A DNA stretch of 64,000 nt, taken from IMG/VR virus record IMGVR_UViG_3300028584_001238; one strand, written 5' to 3'. Shown piece after piece: positions 18,531-28,519 of the stretch (its first letter is position 1; each line of letters starts with the position of its first letter). A model generated the notes under the pieces. The model saw nothing but the letters and a program-made list of their open reading frames with translations, was not told the DNA's origin and did no database searches. The stretch comes from a virus. The position numbers were made by a program, and so were the translations under genes.

Positions 18531-20305
18531 CTGATACTCCCCATAGTTAAAACTAGGGGGTTCTATTTTTGTTAGCTGTTTCTTCTGGCTTCTTTTTCTT
18601 GCTTTCACAATTATCCGAAGCCAGCCACTGACGGCTAACCACCACAGATTCTTTATGCGAATTTCTCTTCTCAAGCTCTTGAATGCCTAAGCTAGTTGGT
18701 AATTTACCAACCGATTGAAATTTATTCCTACAAGTTAATACCGCATCTTCTAAGATCGTATCTAAACTTTCCCAATTTTCATGTATTTGGGTCGTATTAA
18801 CCTTTTTTGCTTCAAGATCATAGTGCTTTATTAGTAACGCAGAGTAAAGATCTCTTTGTTTTGTTATCTCACCACAAGTATGTATGCGTTCTGATAGTGT
18901 TTTCTTATGGTAATCGTCGCACACATGACAATATTGAGATAACTTACTAGTCCAAGTGTCAATCAAATCAACTTTCCCACCAGCACTTTCAGCCTTGCGA
19001 GTTAAAGTTGAAACAAATGCACTTGGAGCACGGAAACCGATGGTCTTTCCAAACCATCCTTTTTGCCAAGCTTTATAATTGTTATTTTCTATTTTTACAT
19101 ACTTACCCATTGAAAGAGCTTCATTGGCTAAAATATTGTGTAGCGTTTTTCGTTTATCGGCTTGGATTCGGTAAAGCTCTTGTATTTCTATTGAGTTTTT
19201 TTGATAGTTCTTTGAATTTTTCCAAACCTTTTTACCTTTAATAATTTTGCCAAGTTTCTTTTTTCCTTTCACATAAGAGTTAGGTTCAAAGTTTTGACTA
19301 TTCATCGCTCTTGTTGAACGGCTATTTTTTCGTTGTAATTTACCAATATCTTTTTGTATATCTTCTAATTCTGCACAAAATGGCCCTAGCATAGCGGTAT
19401 TATCACCGACAAAAGCATAAGTTGATACACCAATATCACCACCTATTGTTGCTTTTGGATAATCATGTTTAATGAGTGGTGTTCCTTCAACAATCAGTTG
19501 AAGGTAATAACGCACTTCACCTTTTAATAATCGACCCACTATTCGACAATACTTTACTTTTTTAGAAAGTGCATGAAATTGAACTCCATGTTTATCTTTC
19601 TTATCATAAACAACATCAATAAGTAAATCTTTCCATTTAACTTTTCCATCTTTAAACATAACACAATTGTTCTTTTTACCACTAATACTTCTTAAACCTT
19701 TTTTATAAGATTTGAAACGAGGCTTGCCTCGTTTGCCTATTTTATAATTCATATAAGCATCATAAGCTCTATCGCTTATGACTTGAACTGTATCACCATC
19801 TAAATGATCAACCATATAACTTGAATTTTTAGCTTGAGTCGCAAAAGATTGAAGATTAGCTTTTTCTAAAAGATATTCTTTTCGCAATAAGTTAAATAAG
19901 GGTTTCCCTTTTTTTCTTAATGAATCTTTCTTATTTAAGCTAACCGCTTCTGCAAAACGAGGATCTTGACGCATTTTACGTTCACGTTTGAAAATTTCAC
20001 TTAAAACCATGTTATAAAGTTCACGCAAAGCTTTGAACTTTATAGAAAGTTTTCTATTTTGATATTTGTTAGTTTTAAGTGGAAGTTCATGGGTAAAAGA
20101 GGGAGTTGGAGGTTTTCTTGTTTTTTTGATCTTTTTAGACAATAAAATGCCCCTTAAATAATTTAAGGTAAAAACATTTGATTTTATGGAAAAAGATAAA
20201 TAATTCATGCGGTTAAGTATATATTTAAGAAATAAAAAAGTCAATAGCTTTATAAAATTTCCTCCCCATAGATGAATCTAGGGGCTTCCATTTTACAGAA
20301 GCTTG
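18531..20305 (-). mobile_element. IS200/IS605-family element, tnpB-only (IS1341-like)
   Basis: related subterminal hairpins CCCCTAGATTCATCTATGGGG (LE) and CCCCTAGTTTTAACTATGGGG (RE); inserted after TCAC, ends TCAG; no tnpA; removal restores the host frame. Confidence 0.85.
18553..20142 (-). CDS. tnpB: TnpB RNA-guided endonuclease
   Basis: RuvC I GGDIG, RuvC II KIENN, Zn finger CHVC...HTC, RuvC III QRDLYSA; likely TTG start since the track start 20244 lies in the -35 box of TTGACT-17-TATACT. Confidence 0.9.
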   Translation of the reverse strand: MSKKIKKTRKPPTPSFTHELPLKTNKYQNRKLSIKFKALRELYNMVLSEIFKRERKMRQDPRFAEAVSLNKKDSLRKKGKPLFNLLRKEYLLEKANLQSFATQAKNSSYMVDHLDGDTVQVISDRAYDAYMNYKIGKRGKPRFKSYKKGLRSISGKKNNCVMFKDGKVKWKDLLIDVVYDKKDKHGVQFHALSKKVKYCRIVGRLLKGEVRYYLQLIVEGTPLIKHDYPKATIGGDIGVSTYAFVGDNTAMLGPFCAELEDIQKDIGKLQRKNSRSTRAMNSQNFEPNSYVKGKKKLGKIIKGKKVWKNSKNYQKNSIEIQELYRIQADKRKTLHNILANEALSMGKYVKIENNNYKAWQKGWFGKTIGFRAPSAFVSTLTRKAESAGGKVDLIDTWTSKLSQYCHVCDDYHKKTLSERIHTCGEITKQRDLYSALLIKHYDLEAKKVNTTQIHENWESLDTILEDAVLTCRNKFQSVGKLPTSLGIQELEKRNSHKESVVVSRQWLASDNCESKKKKPEETANKNRTP

Positions 20306-20714
20306 GTGAAACACTGTTTAAGAAATCACATCGCTGATCGTTATTGGTTAAATTATCGTCTAATCTGATTTCTGGTTTAGTGTAAACCACCATAACTTTA
20401 AACTGATCGTTATTTTTAGATAACGTATAAATAGATAGATCGGCACCAATTCGTTTAATGTTATAAACAGATGTTTTGACATTTAAATCATCAATTTCAC
20501 CTAAACTGATCAGACAGTCTATTAAGGTATCTTCTTTTCCTTCTCCGATAGATGCATAGGATATTTGTCCAAGACTGGATGGAATAACAAGATTAACCGT
20601 TTTATTTTTATCAGTGACGGTGATATCATAATTAGGGGATACGATGTCAGGATCGTTAGCATTGACCAACATACCACTCAAAAGCACAATAATTAGGATT
20701 AGAAAATATTTCAT
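20306..20714 (-). pseudogene. 5' part of IS-interrupted secreted protein (paralog 3)
   Basis: signal peptide; similarity to paralogs stops at CDFLNSVS where the IS begins. Confidence 0.8.
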
Positions 20715-20902
20715 AAGGTGCTCCTATTTTGCAAGACAGTGTATAGTATTAAAATAAATAAAGCAATCATACTTTGTATATATACACTATAATGCTAATA
20801 CATTGTGTATTACCTATAAATCAACATTATTTAATAAAATATAACCTGATTTTTTTGACTTAAGTTTTCTTTGTTATATTATGCGATAAGGAGAATTTAA
20901 CT

Positions 20903-21391
20903 ATGAAAACAGCCATCATTAGCCATTGTCAGCAATACCGTTATGAATTAGGTCGAGACTTCGTACCAGATGCCAGTAATCCCGCCATATTTTGTATGCT
21001 AAATCCAAGCACTGCAGACGCTATGTTGGATGACCCAACGATTAGACGCTGTATGCAATTTGCGAAAGATAATGGTTATGATTCATTAAAGGTTGTCAAT
21101 TTGTATGCGTATCGTTCACCATCACCCAAAAGCCTCTGGTTAACAGAAGATCCCGTAGGTGTTGAAAATGATCATTATTTACGCAATCTTTTTTCAACCC
21201 ACAAAAAAATAATTTGTGCATGGGGCGGAAATGCCAAGATGGGCAGAGTGATTGAAGTTTACAATATGCTCAATCAATTAGGAGTTGAAATGTATTGTTT
21301 AGGAACAACCAAGGCCGGTATGCCAAAACACCCATTGTACATAAAAGGCGATCAGACATTCATAGAATTTAAATTAAGTGAAGAAAAATGA
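20903..21391 (+). CDS. DUF1643 domain protein
   Basis: MLNPSTAD...DDPTIRRC...VNLYAYR...AWG...PKHPLY. Confidence 0.9.
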   Translation: MKTAIISHCQQYRYELGRDFVPDASNPAIFCMLNPSTADAMLDDPTIRRCMQFAKDNGYDSLKVVNLYAYRSPSPKSLWLTEDPVGVENDHYLRNLFSTHKKIICAWGGNAKMGRVIEVYNMLNQLGVEMYCLGTTKAGMPKHPLYIKGDQTFIEFKLSEEK

Positions 21392-22404
21392 AAATAATAA
21401 CAACGAAAGTAATGCTCAACATATTAGCTATTAATATCATATACATTATTATTGGATATTTTGGCTGGTTAGATACAACAGGCTATATAAATAAAGTATT
21501 GTATCAAGACGAAATGTTAACAGGAACACCAACAGAATATTGGAGAGTGACATTAAGTTATTATTTCAGTGTAACTTATATTATGCTGCCAATACTAAAT
21601 ATTATCACCATTATTCTGTATACTGGGTCAGGTGAAACTAGTCAAAAAGTAGCAACAGCATTAAAGGTTCAAATTGTTTTACTGATATTGATTAAATTTC
21701 TTACAACGTCTAATTTTTTAACACAGTATAGCGAAGAATTAATCACAGATACAAAGTCAATGAGTTTTGAATATTACTACATCATTATTTCTATTTTGAG
21801 TGTGTTATTCGTATACAGGAAAGACCTCAAAAACATAAAAATGATAGCAACAATTTCAGTGTCTTTTATGTTGTTAACACTGCTCATGAATTTACATGTA
21901 AATATTTTAAGAGTAAACATGTATAACAGAGTAATTGAGGCAATCAGTAAATACACAACCGCAGGCACACCTGTCATTAAAGCAAAAGTCAACCTATTAA
22001 ATGTTGAGTTCTATAATGATGGATTGATGTCAGTGGAAAGATCATCTAATGATTATAAAGATTTTATGGGGCTGTTCATATATGTAAGAACTAACAAACC
22101 ATCTAATGATGAAATTTTTAAGATAGTCGAAACTTTTTATGCAAAATATGAAACAATAAATAATGAATATTTAAAAGAAAAGTTGGGTAAGTATTATGAA
22201 GGGACAAAAGTAGGTAGATACAATCGTCTACTTCAACATAAAGACAACGATTTACATTTGCTTGATGTCTATAAAAATAAAGGGTTGGCGGTTGCAATGA
22301 ACGAAATTGAAAAGATGAAAAAAGACAAGAAACAATCCATTATTTATCTATTCATTAAGACAGTTGAAAATGTGAAAGAACTTGAAAATCCTTTTTTAAT
22401 TTAA
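21388..22404 (+). CDS. multi-pass membrane protein, similar to 56393
   Basis: about 5 TM then soluble domain. Confidence 0.7.
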   Translation: MKIITTKVMLNILAINIIYIIIGYFGWLDTTGYINKVLYQDEMLTGTPTEYWRVTLSYYFSVTYIMLPILNIITIILYTGSGETSQKVATALKVQIVLLILIKFLTTSNFLTQYSEELITDTKSMSFEYYYIIISILSVLFVYRKDLKNIKMIATISVSFMLLTLLMNLHVNILRVNMYNRVIEAISKYTTAGTPVIKAKVNLLNVEFYNDGLMSVERSSNDYKDFMGLFIYVRTNKPSNDEIFKIVETFYAKYETINNEYLKEKLGKYYEGTKVGRYNRLLQHKDNDLHLLDVYKNKGLAVAMNEIEKMKKDKKQSIIYLFIKTVENVKELENPFLI

Positions 22405-22634
22405 AATTGCAACTCACTCAAATATTTTTCGATTTTTGTTTTAACATACATAATATCACCTTGTGGGCCATACAAAACAAACTTGTTTTCAAAAATCCAC
22501 ATGGACTCTTGATATTGAATAGGCCAGCCCTTATTTTCAATAATATCATCCAAGTATTGACGAACAGTCCGTAAGTAATACCATCCAATATAGAAGGTAG
22601 TTGAAATCATTTCAGTAGATTCGCCGCGACTCAT
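22401..22634 (-). CDS. hypothetical protein
   Basis: AGGAG RBS. Confidence 0.6.
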   Translation of the reverse strand: MSRGESTEMISTTFYIGWYYLRTVRQYLDDIIENKGWPIQYQESMWIFENKFVLYGPQGDIMYVKTKIEKYLSELQF

Positions 22635-22759
22635 GTGTTATCTCCTTTGCCTCAAAGCAATGCAAGTCATTAGCCTCATTATAACAGAACCACAATAATT
22701 AAACAATAAAAAACCCCACCGAAGTGAGGTCTTTTTTCTAACAGAACGCCATAATTAAA

Positions 22760-23179
22760 TTATTCAGCTTTCGCCAAAAACTTATCATACAACGCTTTCA
22801 GGTTCACATACACTTTTGAATACTCGTAGTAGTTGAAATAGTAATCTGGTTCCTCGTCAAACGAATACCTTTGAACCATTGATTCTATTACTGAACTGTC
22901 AACGTCATCACGACCTAGACTTCTCAACAATCCCAACACTTCTGGAATAATGTCTTGTTCACCTTCACTGTCTACGGTTCTATTCAAATACTCATAGCAA
23001 TCGTTGCCTGAGACACCACCAGAAACCCAAACCTTTTCCATCACAGCAGTTTCAAGCACTTTGTCATCTAACGCTTCGATACACTGTTCAGTTAACGAGT
23101 AGTCACGCGAATTTAAAACATCAACGGACACATTTGCAAACACTACGGCTTTTTTTACAAACTCTTTAAACTCAATCAT
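22760..23179 (-). CDS. acidic protein, paralog of 23233
   Basis: WVSGG..G..C and DYY.NY...SKVYVNLK. Confidence 0.75.
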   Translation of the reverse strand: MIEFKEFVKKAVVFANVSVDVLNSRDYSLTEQCIEALDDKVLETAVMEKVWVSGGVSGNDCYEYLNRTVDSEGEQDIIPEVLGLLRSLGRDDVDSSVIESMVQRYSFDEEPDYYFNYYEYSKVYVNLKALYDKFLAKAE

Positions 23180-23232
23180 AATTTTTCTCCTTATATAATC
23201 GCATAAGATTTATAGGATGAAATTATTAATTG

Positions 23233-23658
23233 TTATTCATCAACACCATACAACACATCATACAACTCTTTCAAATTCACATACACCCGTGAATAGTTGG
23301 TGTAGTTGCCATAATAGTCGCTATCATCTTTTAACTCAAAAGATTTAATCAGAGGCTGAATTTTCGCAATATAAAAAACAAAACCAATGTTCTCTTTACC
23401 TACGGCCATCAACACCTTAGCAACATCAGGTGTAATATCTTCGGCAGTATCACCCTCACGAGAGTAACCCTCTCCACCCCAACAACTTTTACCTGTGTGT
23501 CCACCAGAAACCCATGTTTTTTCAAAAAACAATTTTTCAAGGTCGTCATCACTTAAACCGGCAATATATTTTTTACCCGTTGAACCATACTGGTGATTAA
23601 GGTCTTCAAGAAGAACAACTGCAGTACTAGCCTCTTCAACAAATTCTCTAAATTCCAT
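23233..23658 (-). CDS. acidic protein, paralog of 22760
   Basis: WVSGGHTGKSC and DYYGNY...VYVNLK. Confidence 0.75.
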   Translation of the reverse strand: MEFREFVEEASTAVVLLEDLNHQYGSTGKKYIAGLSDDDLEKLFFEKTWVSGGHTGKSCWGGEGYSREGDTAEDITPDVAKVLMAVGKENIGFVFYIAKIQPLIKSFELKDDSDYYGNYTNYSRVYVNLKELYDVLYGVDE

Positions 23659-23660
23659 AT

Positions 23661-24035
23661 TTACTCCTTTGACCGCTCCACGGCCAACGCAAAAAGATTA
23701 TCAAATGTCTTCGAAGTGATATTAAACCACATCGAAGGTTGGTCATATTTTACAACAATTTCGGCTTCAAGACCTTTCACAGCAATGACGAACTTTGTAT
23801 CAAGATCTTCTGTTTTTTCAATATCTTGCAGAGCACGCGGAACAACATCATTCCAATGCAAACGCATGGTGCCTACACCATCTTTAAACATAAGACACGA
23901 AACCTGTTTAATGGGGTCAAAATCATCATGAACTTGTTTACCACCACGAAACAATTGACTGATCAACTTATTAATAGGTTGGTTAGCCAGAAAATGAGTG
24001 ACAGCTTCTTGAATAACTACGTGTGCAATTTTCAT
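23661..24035 (-). CDS. hypothetical protein
   Basis: ORF with upstream promoter. Confidence 0.7.
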   Translation of the reverse strand: MKIAHVVIQEAVTHFLANQPINKLISQLFRGGKQVHDDFDPIKQVSCLMFKDGVGTMRLHWNDVVPRALQDIEKTEDLDTKFVIAVKGLEAEIVVKYDQPSMWFNITSKTFDNLFALAVERSKE

Positions 24036-24099
24036 AATTGATATCTCGTTCTTTTTGAATGTGCCTAATTATAGCAAAAATTGAAAATTAAAGCAACTC

Positions 24100-24360
24100 T
24101 TAAACTTTGAGTTTTGCTTCTTCTTTTCGGTCTTGACAAACTTTCTGACGACGCATGATTTCAGCTTTTCTTTCTGAAAATTTGACCACATCTTCATGCT
24201 CTTGATATTCTTTCATAACCTGTTTTTGCTCAGCCATCGAAGTAGCCGAAGCTTGATTTTTAATCATAGCTGCCAACAGTTCTTGTTCTTTCCTGTAAAG
24301 ACGTGTCAAGTCCATTGCAATAACCTGTTCATCATAATAGTTCAACGGTTCTGAAATCAT
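24100..24360 (-). CDS. coiled-coil small protein
   Basis: GGAG RBS; charged helical composition. Confidence 0.65.
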   Translation of the reverse strand: MISEPLNYYDEQVIAMDLTRLYRKEQELLAAMIKNQASATSMAEQKQVMKEYQEHEDVVKFSERKAEIMRRQKVCQDRKEEAKLKV

Positions 24361-24392
24361 TGTATATACTCCAAAAATTAAGGTAATAAGGT

Positions 24393-25157
24393 TTACTTCA
24401 AGTCAACTACTTTAAAATGAAACTCTGGATTAAGCGTGTCTGGATAACCGACAGGCTCACACACCACATGAACATCACCCAGCATATAATCAGACGAAGT
24501 ATGCATATGACCATGAATAGCCACATTAACCAATGAATTTCCAACAAAATAATCCAAATTACTGGTGTAACAGTGGTTATTGGTCAAGTCAGCCTCACGC
24601 TCACGATAAGATGGATGAACACTCTCATGCGAAAAACCATAATGAGTAATCATTACTTTTTTAAAACCATTGTCATTGTAAATGGCTTCTTTCAAGTAAT
24701 TATAAGAAATCTCAAATTCACGATAAATCGAATCGACAGTAATGTATTCATCAGCAGCAGCATTGTAAATTTTACGAAAATCGGTAATAACCAAAGAAGC
24801 ATTAAGCATGATTCTAGGATTTTGGCGATCAAAATCAACCCACAAAGTCGATCCAATGAATTCAATGTCATCAATAACAACTGATGAATTATCCAAGAAA
24901 TAAAAGTTGTCAATTTTAACCGACTTCCAAAAATCACGAACTTCTTTCAAAGTAAAACCATAGAACTCATGGTTACCCAAGATATAAATGACCGTATATT
25001 TGCTGGCACAGTCTTTGATAAATTCAAGGTGTGACTGATTGCTGCCAATGTCCCCGGCCAAGATCAAAAACTTCACACCATCAATCACAGGAATAGTAAT
25101 TTTATTCCCATGTTCAAGGTGAAGGTCGCTCATAACAAGGGCTTTTACAGTGGACAT
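24393..25157 (-). CDS. calcineurin-like metallophosphoesterase
   Basis: DLH, GD, GNHE, TH, GHMH motifs. Confidence 0.92.
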   Translation of the reverse strand: MSTVKALVMSDLHLEHGNKITIPVIDGVKFLILAGDIGSNQSHLEFIKDCASKYTVIYILGNHEFYGFTLKEVRDFWKSVKIDNFYFLDNSSVVIDDIEFIGSTLWVDFDRQNPRIMLNASLVITDFRKIYNAAADEYITVDSIYREFEISYNYLKEAIYNDNGFKKVMITHYGFSHESVHPSYREREADLTNNHCYTSNLDYFVGNSLVNVAIHGHMHTSSDYMLGDVHVVCEPVGYPDTLNPEFHFKVVDLK

Positions 25158-25211
25158 GACAGACTCCGAATCAATTAAGTTCGTGTATTATACACAAAAA
25201 TGCTGTTTAGA

Positions 25212-25496
25212 TCAAGATTTACTTTTTTTCTTGAAAAACAAACGGTCGGGAATACCATATTTTTTACGCTTTGAAAAATCATTGTCATAGACAGCAATCA
25301 TAAAAATGAGGAAATAGAGTGCTGAAAGAGAGTTTGCCATGTCAGCGTCTGGAACTTCCAGAACATACTTGAAAAAGGGGATTACAAAGACCATGTAGGT
25401 CGGAATAAGAACAATAAACATTCGGGTAACAGTGTTATACCAGAACCAAGTCCATGCAGCACCAATGCCAAACAGAATTTTGTTCATCATCATCAT
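25212..25496 (-). CDS. small membrane protein
   Basis: GAGG RBS before MMMMNK; TM segments. Confidence 0.65.
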   Translation of the reverse strand: MMMMNKILFGIGAAWTWFWYNTVTRMFIVLIPTYMVFVIPFFKYVLEVPDADMANSLSALYFLIFMIAVYDNDFSKRKKYGIPDRLFFKKKSKS

Positions 25497-25530
25497 TACC
25501 CTCAAATGTGTGTGGAGTATTATACCACAA

Positions 25531-26118
25531 TCAAACGAATTCCACCATACCTTCATGGTGACGACTGTAAGTATACCAGCTTTTTGCGGTGTCTTTCCAC
25601 TTATTAGAATTGTAAGGGGCCACAACAGGGCAGAACGATGGCATTTCAGCTTGAACAAGGTCAAAAGTTTTTCCAGTCGCAGCTAACATGTAAACATGCG
25701 TATCGTCACTGACATAAAGGTCTTGAAGCTGCTCGTTCAACACGCTCATCATAGCATGTCCAATACCTTTCTTACGAAACTCTGGCTTGACATAAGTGCC
25801 GACCAAACCAATCATCGTATAACGACGTTTTTTGTTGTTCAAAGTGAACTTTGGATCAATGGTATCATTAACGATATAGTGTTCCAGAACAAGCAATCCT
25901 ACTGGCTTCTTGTCAACACGACAAACTACAGTGGAAAAATGGCTGACTTTGATAAATGTAACATCACCCATAGGGCGAACTTCATCCCCTTCCAAAATGT
26001 AGAAAGCATTGTTCTCAAAACGGCTAGAGCGATGTTCTTTCTCGAAAAGTTTATGACGTTTGATGAGATTAGCCATTTTGCGGTTGTCGTGAATTTCCGT
26101 ATACTTAATGTCGAACAT
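25531..26118 (-). CDS. GNAT family acetyltransferase
   Basis: TYVKPEFRKKGIGHAMM motif A. Confidence 0.8.
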   Translation of the reverse strand: MFDIKYTEIHDNRKMANLIKRHKLFEKEHRSSRFENNAFYILEGDEVRPMGDVTFIKVSHFSTVVCRVDKKPVGLLVLEHYIVNDTIDPKFTLNNKKRRYTMIGLVGTYVKPEFRKKGIGHAMMSVLNEQLQDLYVSDDTHVYMLAATGKTFDLVQAEMPSFCPVVAPYNSNKWKDTAKSWYTYSRHHEGMVEFV

Positions 26119-26205
26119 AATTACGCTCTCTAAAAGGATGTCTAATTATAACATAATAGCAAAAAAAACAAAAGTAAAATCAAAAATGAAAACATTATAA
26201 TGCCA

Positions 26206-26234
26206 TTGACAATTATTCCAAAAAATCATATAAT
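26206..26234 (+). promoter_or_regulatory. consensus sigma70 promoter driving a candidate ncRNA
   Basis: TTGACA-17-TATAAT. Confidence 0.85.
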
Positions 26235-26240
26235 AAAGGT

Positions 26241-26519
26241 CTTGGTAGGGTATATCGGATTTTTTTATTGAGTAGTTTCATGCCGTATACTTTTTGTTGT
26301 AAAAAAAAACTCACTGTTGAAAGGTTTTTTTCGTCGAGAAGGTTTTTTCCTCGTTAACAGTAGCTAATATAAAATCTGACATTCTAACTGGGTGTGGTTA
26401 ATCTGGAAGGGAGTTGTGAAAATAACCAGTGATATGGTAGCCACCAAGGGCAATTATAACACGGGATCAATAGGGGTTCTTTATCCGGCAATTCATCGCC
26501 GCTCTTACCTATTACCAAG
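26241..26519 (+). ncRNA. candidate ~280-nt structured RNA
   Basis: lies between promoter and terminator; ends pair (CTTGGTA/TACCAAG); internal helices TCGGATTTT/AAAATCTGA and ACTGTTGA/TTAACAGT. Confidence 0.6.
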
Positions 26520-26547
26520 CCCTGCTCGAAAGAGCGGGGTTTTTTAT
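26520..26547 (+). terminator. intrinsic terminator
   Basis: CCCTGCTC-GAAA-GAGCGGGG then T-run. Confidence 0.8.
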
Positions 26548-26966
26548 TTGGCTTTTTTAACAGGTGGTTTAACATCTTCTTTTACGGGTGTAACTTCAAC
26601 AGGAGCTGGATATAAGACATCAAGTTTAAAACCAATACAATGATTATATTCGTGTTTGATTTTTAAATTCTTGATTGAATAAACGATACCAGATCTAATC
26701 TCAAAGTGACGTTTTATCAATTCAAGTTCAGCACTGGATAGATTAAGCACTTGATAAGGTATTGGAATGAACAACATATCATTAGGCAACTTTTTCTCAT
26801 AATGGAGACGATAGTCAAGCTCTGTGGCTCGCTCTATCATGTCTCTTTTTGAAAAAAGGTCATGAGCTGTTTTCACTTTTTTAATTAAGCCAGTGATGGT
26901 ATCAATGGCCTTAACAATATCCGGTGTATGTGTGAGCTGTGGAAGCAAAGGAACAATATCAGTCAT
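26544..26966 (-). CDS. hypothetical protein
   Basis: coupled to upstream ORF. Confidence 0.7.
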   Translation of the reverse strand: MTDIVPLLPQLTHTPDIVKAIDTITGLIKKVKTAHDLFSKRDMIERATELDYRLHYEKKLPNDMLFIPIPYQVLNLSSAELELIKRHFEIRSGIVYSIKNLKIKHEYNHCIGFKLDVLYPAPVEVTPVKEDVKPPVKKAK

Positions 26967-27358
26967 CAGTAGTGCCTTGCATTCTCTGCGAGATGAGCCA
27001 ACGGTGCTTGAACAAAAACAAACGTTTTGTCATCCTCGGTAATATAAAACCATAATTTTAAATCTGAATCTTTAAAAGCATACTCCAACAAACTAAGAAC
27101 GGATAGCTTACATGATTTTAAACTTTGAAGGTCAGAAATATTAAGATAAAGTGATTCAGGATCTAAATTAAACTCATAATCTTCTGGAAAAAGATCTTCT
27201 TCATCGACCATGCAAGCCGTTCTGATTGTCATTTCTACCATGTAGGCATCATACAATTCATCGAGTGCTCTAAAATTTTCAATAGTGGTGGTTATTTCTG
27301 ATAGTGCTGCTTTGTAACTGTCCGATAATCTAACTGATAGTTTAGGTATTCCAGCCAT
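26966..27358 (-). CDS. hypothetical acidic protein
   Basis: AAGGAG RBS. Confidence 0.7.
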   Translation of the reverse strand: MAGIPKLSVRLSDSYKAALSEITTTIENFRALDELYDAYMVEMTIRTACMVDEEDLFPEDYEFNLDPESLYLNISDLQSLKSCKLSVLSLLEYAFKDSDLKLWFYITEDDKTFVFVQAPLAHLAENARHY

Positions 27359-27442
27359 TTTAATTCTCCTTAAAAGATTTACTATAGCAGAAAAAATAAA
27401 AAAGCCAACACAAGTGCTGGCTGATTTGATAAATTTAAATAA

Positions 27443-27943
27443 TTACAATTGAACGTCTACTTTCTTTGTGCTTTCAACGTTATCTCTTATCTTTTCAAGT
27501 GCAGGATTAAACATGACATAATGAATTGAAGTTTCATCACAAGCAATATAGGCTGAATAACTATCAGTACCTTCTTCAACTGTATACGCATACATGGCAC
27601 CATTTTGAACACTAGGCTGAGCATTGGTATAGGTATTCAAAAAAGTCTCATTTAATGAATTAGCAATATCGACACAACTGTATTTACCCGAGGTTAAATC
27701 ACCAGTGGCTTCTACTTTGCGAACAAGTTGATCATCATTAAAATAGACATTGTATTCATTGAAGAAATCGTCAACAGGTTGTGGTGGCTGAACTTTAACA
27801 GGTTCAAGAACAGTGGGTTGGAGATTTTTTGGATAAAACGAACTTTGCTCTCCAATTTTGATTCCGAAGGGTGCAAAATCTGCTGCATGAACAGCTAAGG
27901 AACTACTGATCAAAAGACACGCTAATAAGGTTTTCTTTAACAT
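27443..27943 (-). CDS. secreted protein
   Basis: signal peptide ending VHA; PFGIKIG; two Cys. Confidence 0.75.
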   Translation of the reverse strand: MLKKTLLACLLISSSLAVHAADFAPFGIKIGEQSSFYPKNLQPTVLEPVKVQPPQPVDDFFNEYNVYFNDDQLVRKVEATGDLTSGKYSCVDIANSLNETFLNTYTNAQPSVQNGAMYAYTVEEGTDSYSAYIACDETSIHYVMFNPALEKIRDNVESTKKVDVQL

Positions 27944-28039
27944 ATAAACTCCTAGTTGTTTTTCTTTTAACTTCGGTTCAGTATACTATAATCTGATTGA
28001 AAGTCAAAATTAACAACTAAGAGTATGATGAAAGGTTAA

Positions 28040-28468
28040 TTAATACCAACCTTTGGTATTCAGTTCGCTTTTGATATAATTAACGATACTGCGATTCTTA
28101 ATGTCGCCTTTGAGTTCGTAGAAATATTGCAAACCAGTTTTGTCAGCAATGGCAATGGCAATCGCTGCAGCTTTGGCTGAACTGTGGAAGATGTAGAGAC
28201 ACAAGTCGCCTTTAAACGCCAGTTCAGAAACCTTGCTGTAAAAGTCATCACGAATAAACGAGTCGGCACAAACATTACGTCGCATCCATTCCGTGAAAAT
28301 ATTCATGTCACGTTGGTGCAGTTCGCCTGTTTTGAAATCATGCCCATTACATTCGACCTTATGAACACCACGAACATACATGGAGCTTTGAACTGTCGAA
28401 TGAACATTGCCATTCATAATGGCTTCGCTTTCCATGATTTTATTGAAGCCTTTGTGCAAAGTAGTCAT
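28040..28468 (-). CDS. hypothetical protein
   Basis: GGAG RBS and promoter. Confidence 0.7.
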   Translation of the reverse strand: MTTLHKGFNKIMESEAIMNGNVHSTVQSSMYVRGVHKVECNGHDFKTGELHQRDMNIFTEWMRRNVCADSFIRDDFYSKVSELAFKGDLCLYIFHSSAKAAAIAIAIADKTGLQYFYELKGDIKNRSIVNYIKSELNTKGWY

Positions 28469-28519
28469 AGTTGTATCTCCGATGAAAAAGTATGGCCTAT
28501 TATAGCATTAACGTATGTT

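Noticed and set aside
18531-20305. Cas12f CRISPR system or IStron
   Set aside because: No repeat-spacer array or cas1/cas2 seen; only about 100 nt separate the LE hairpin from tnpB, too short for a group I intron
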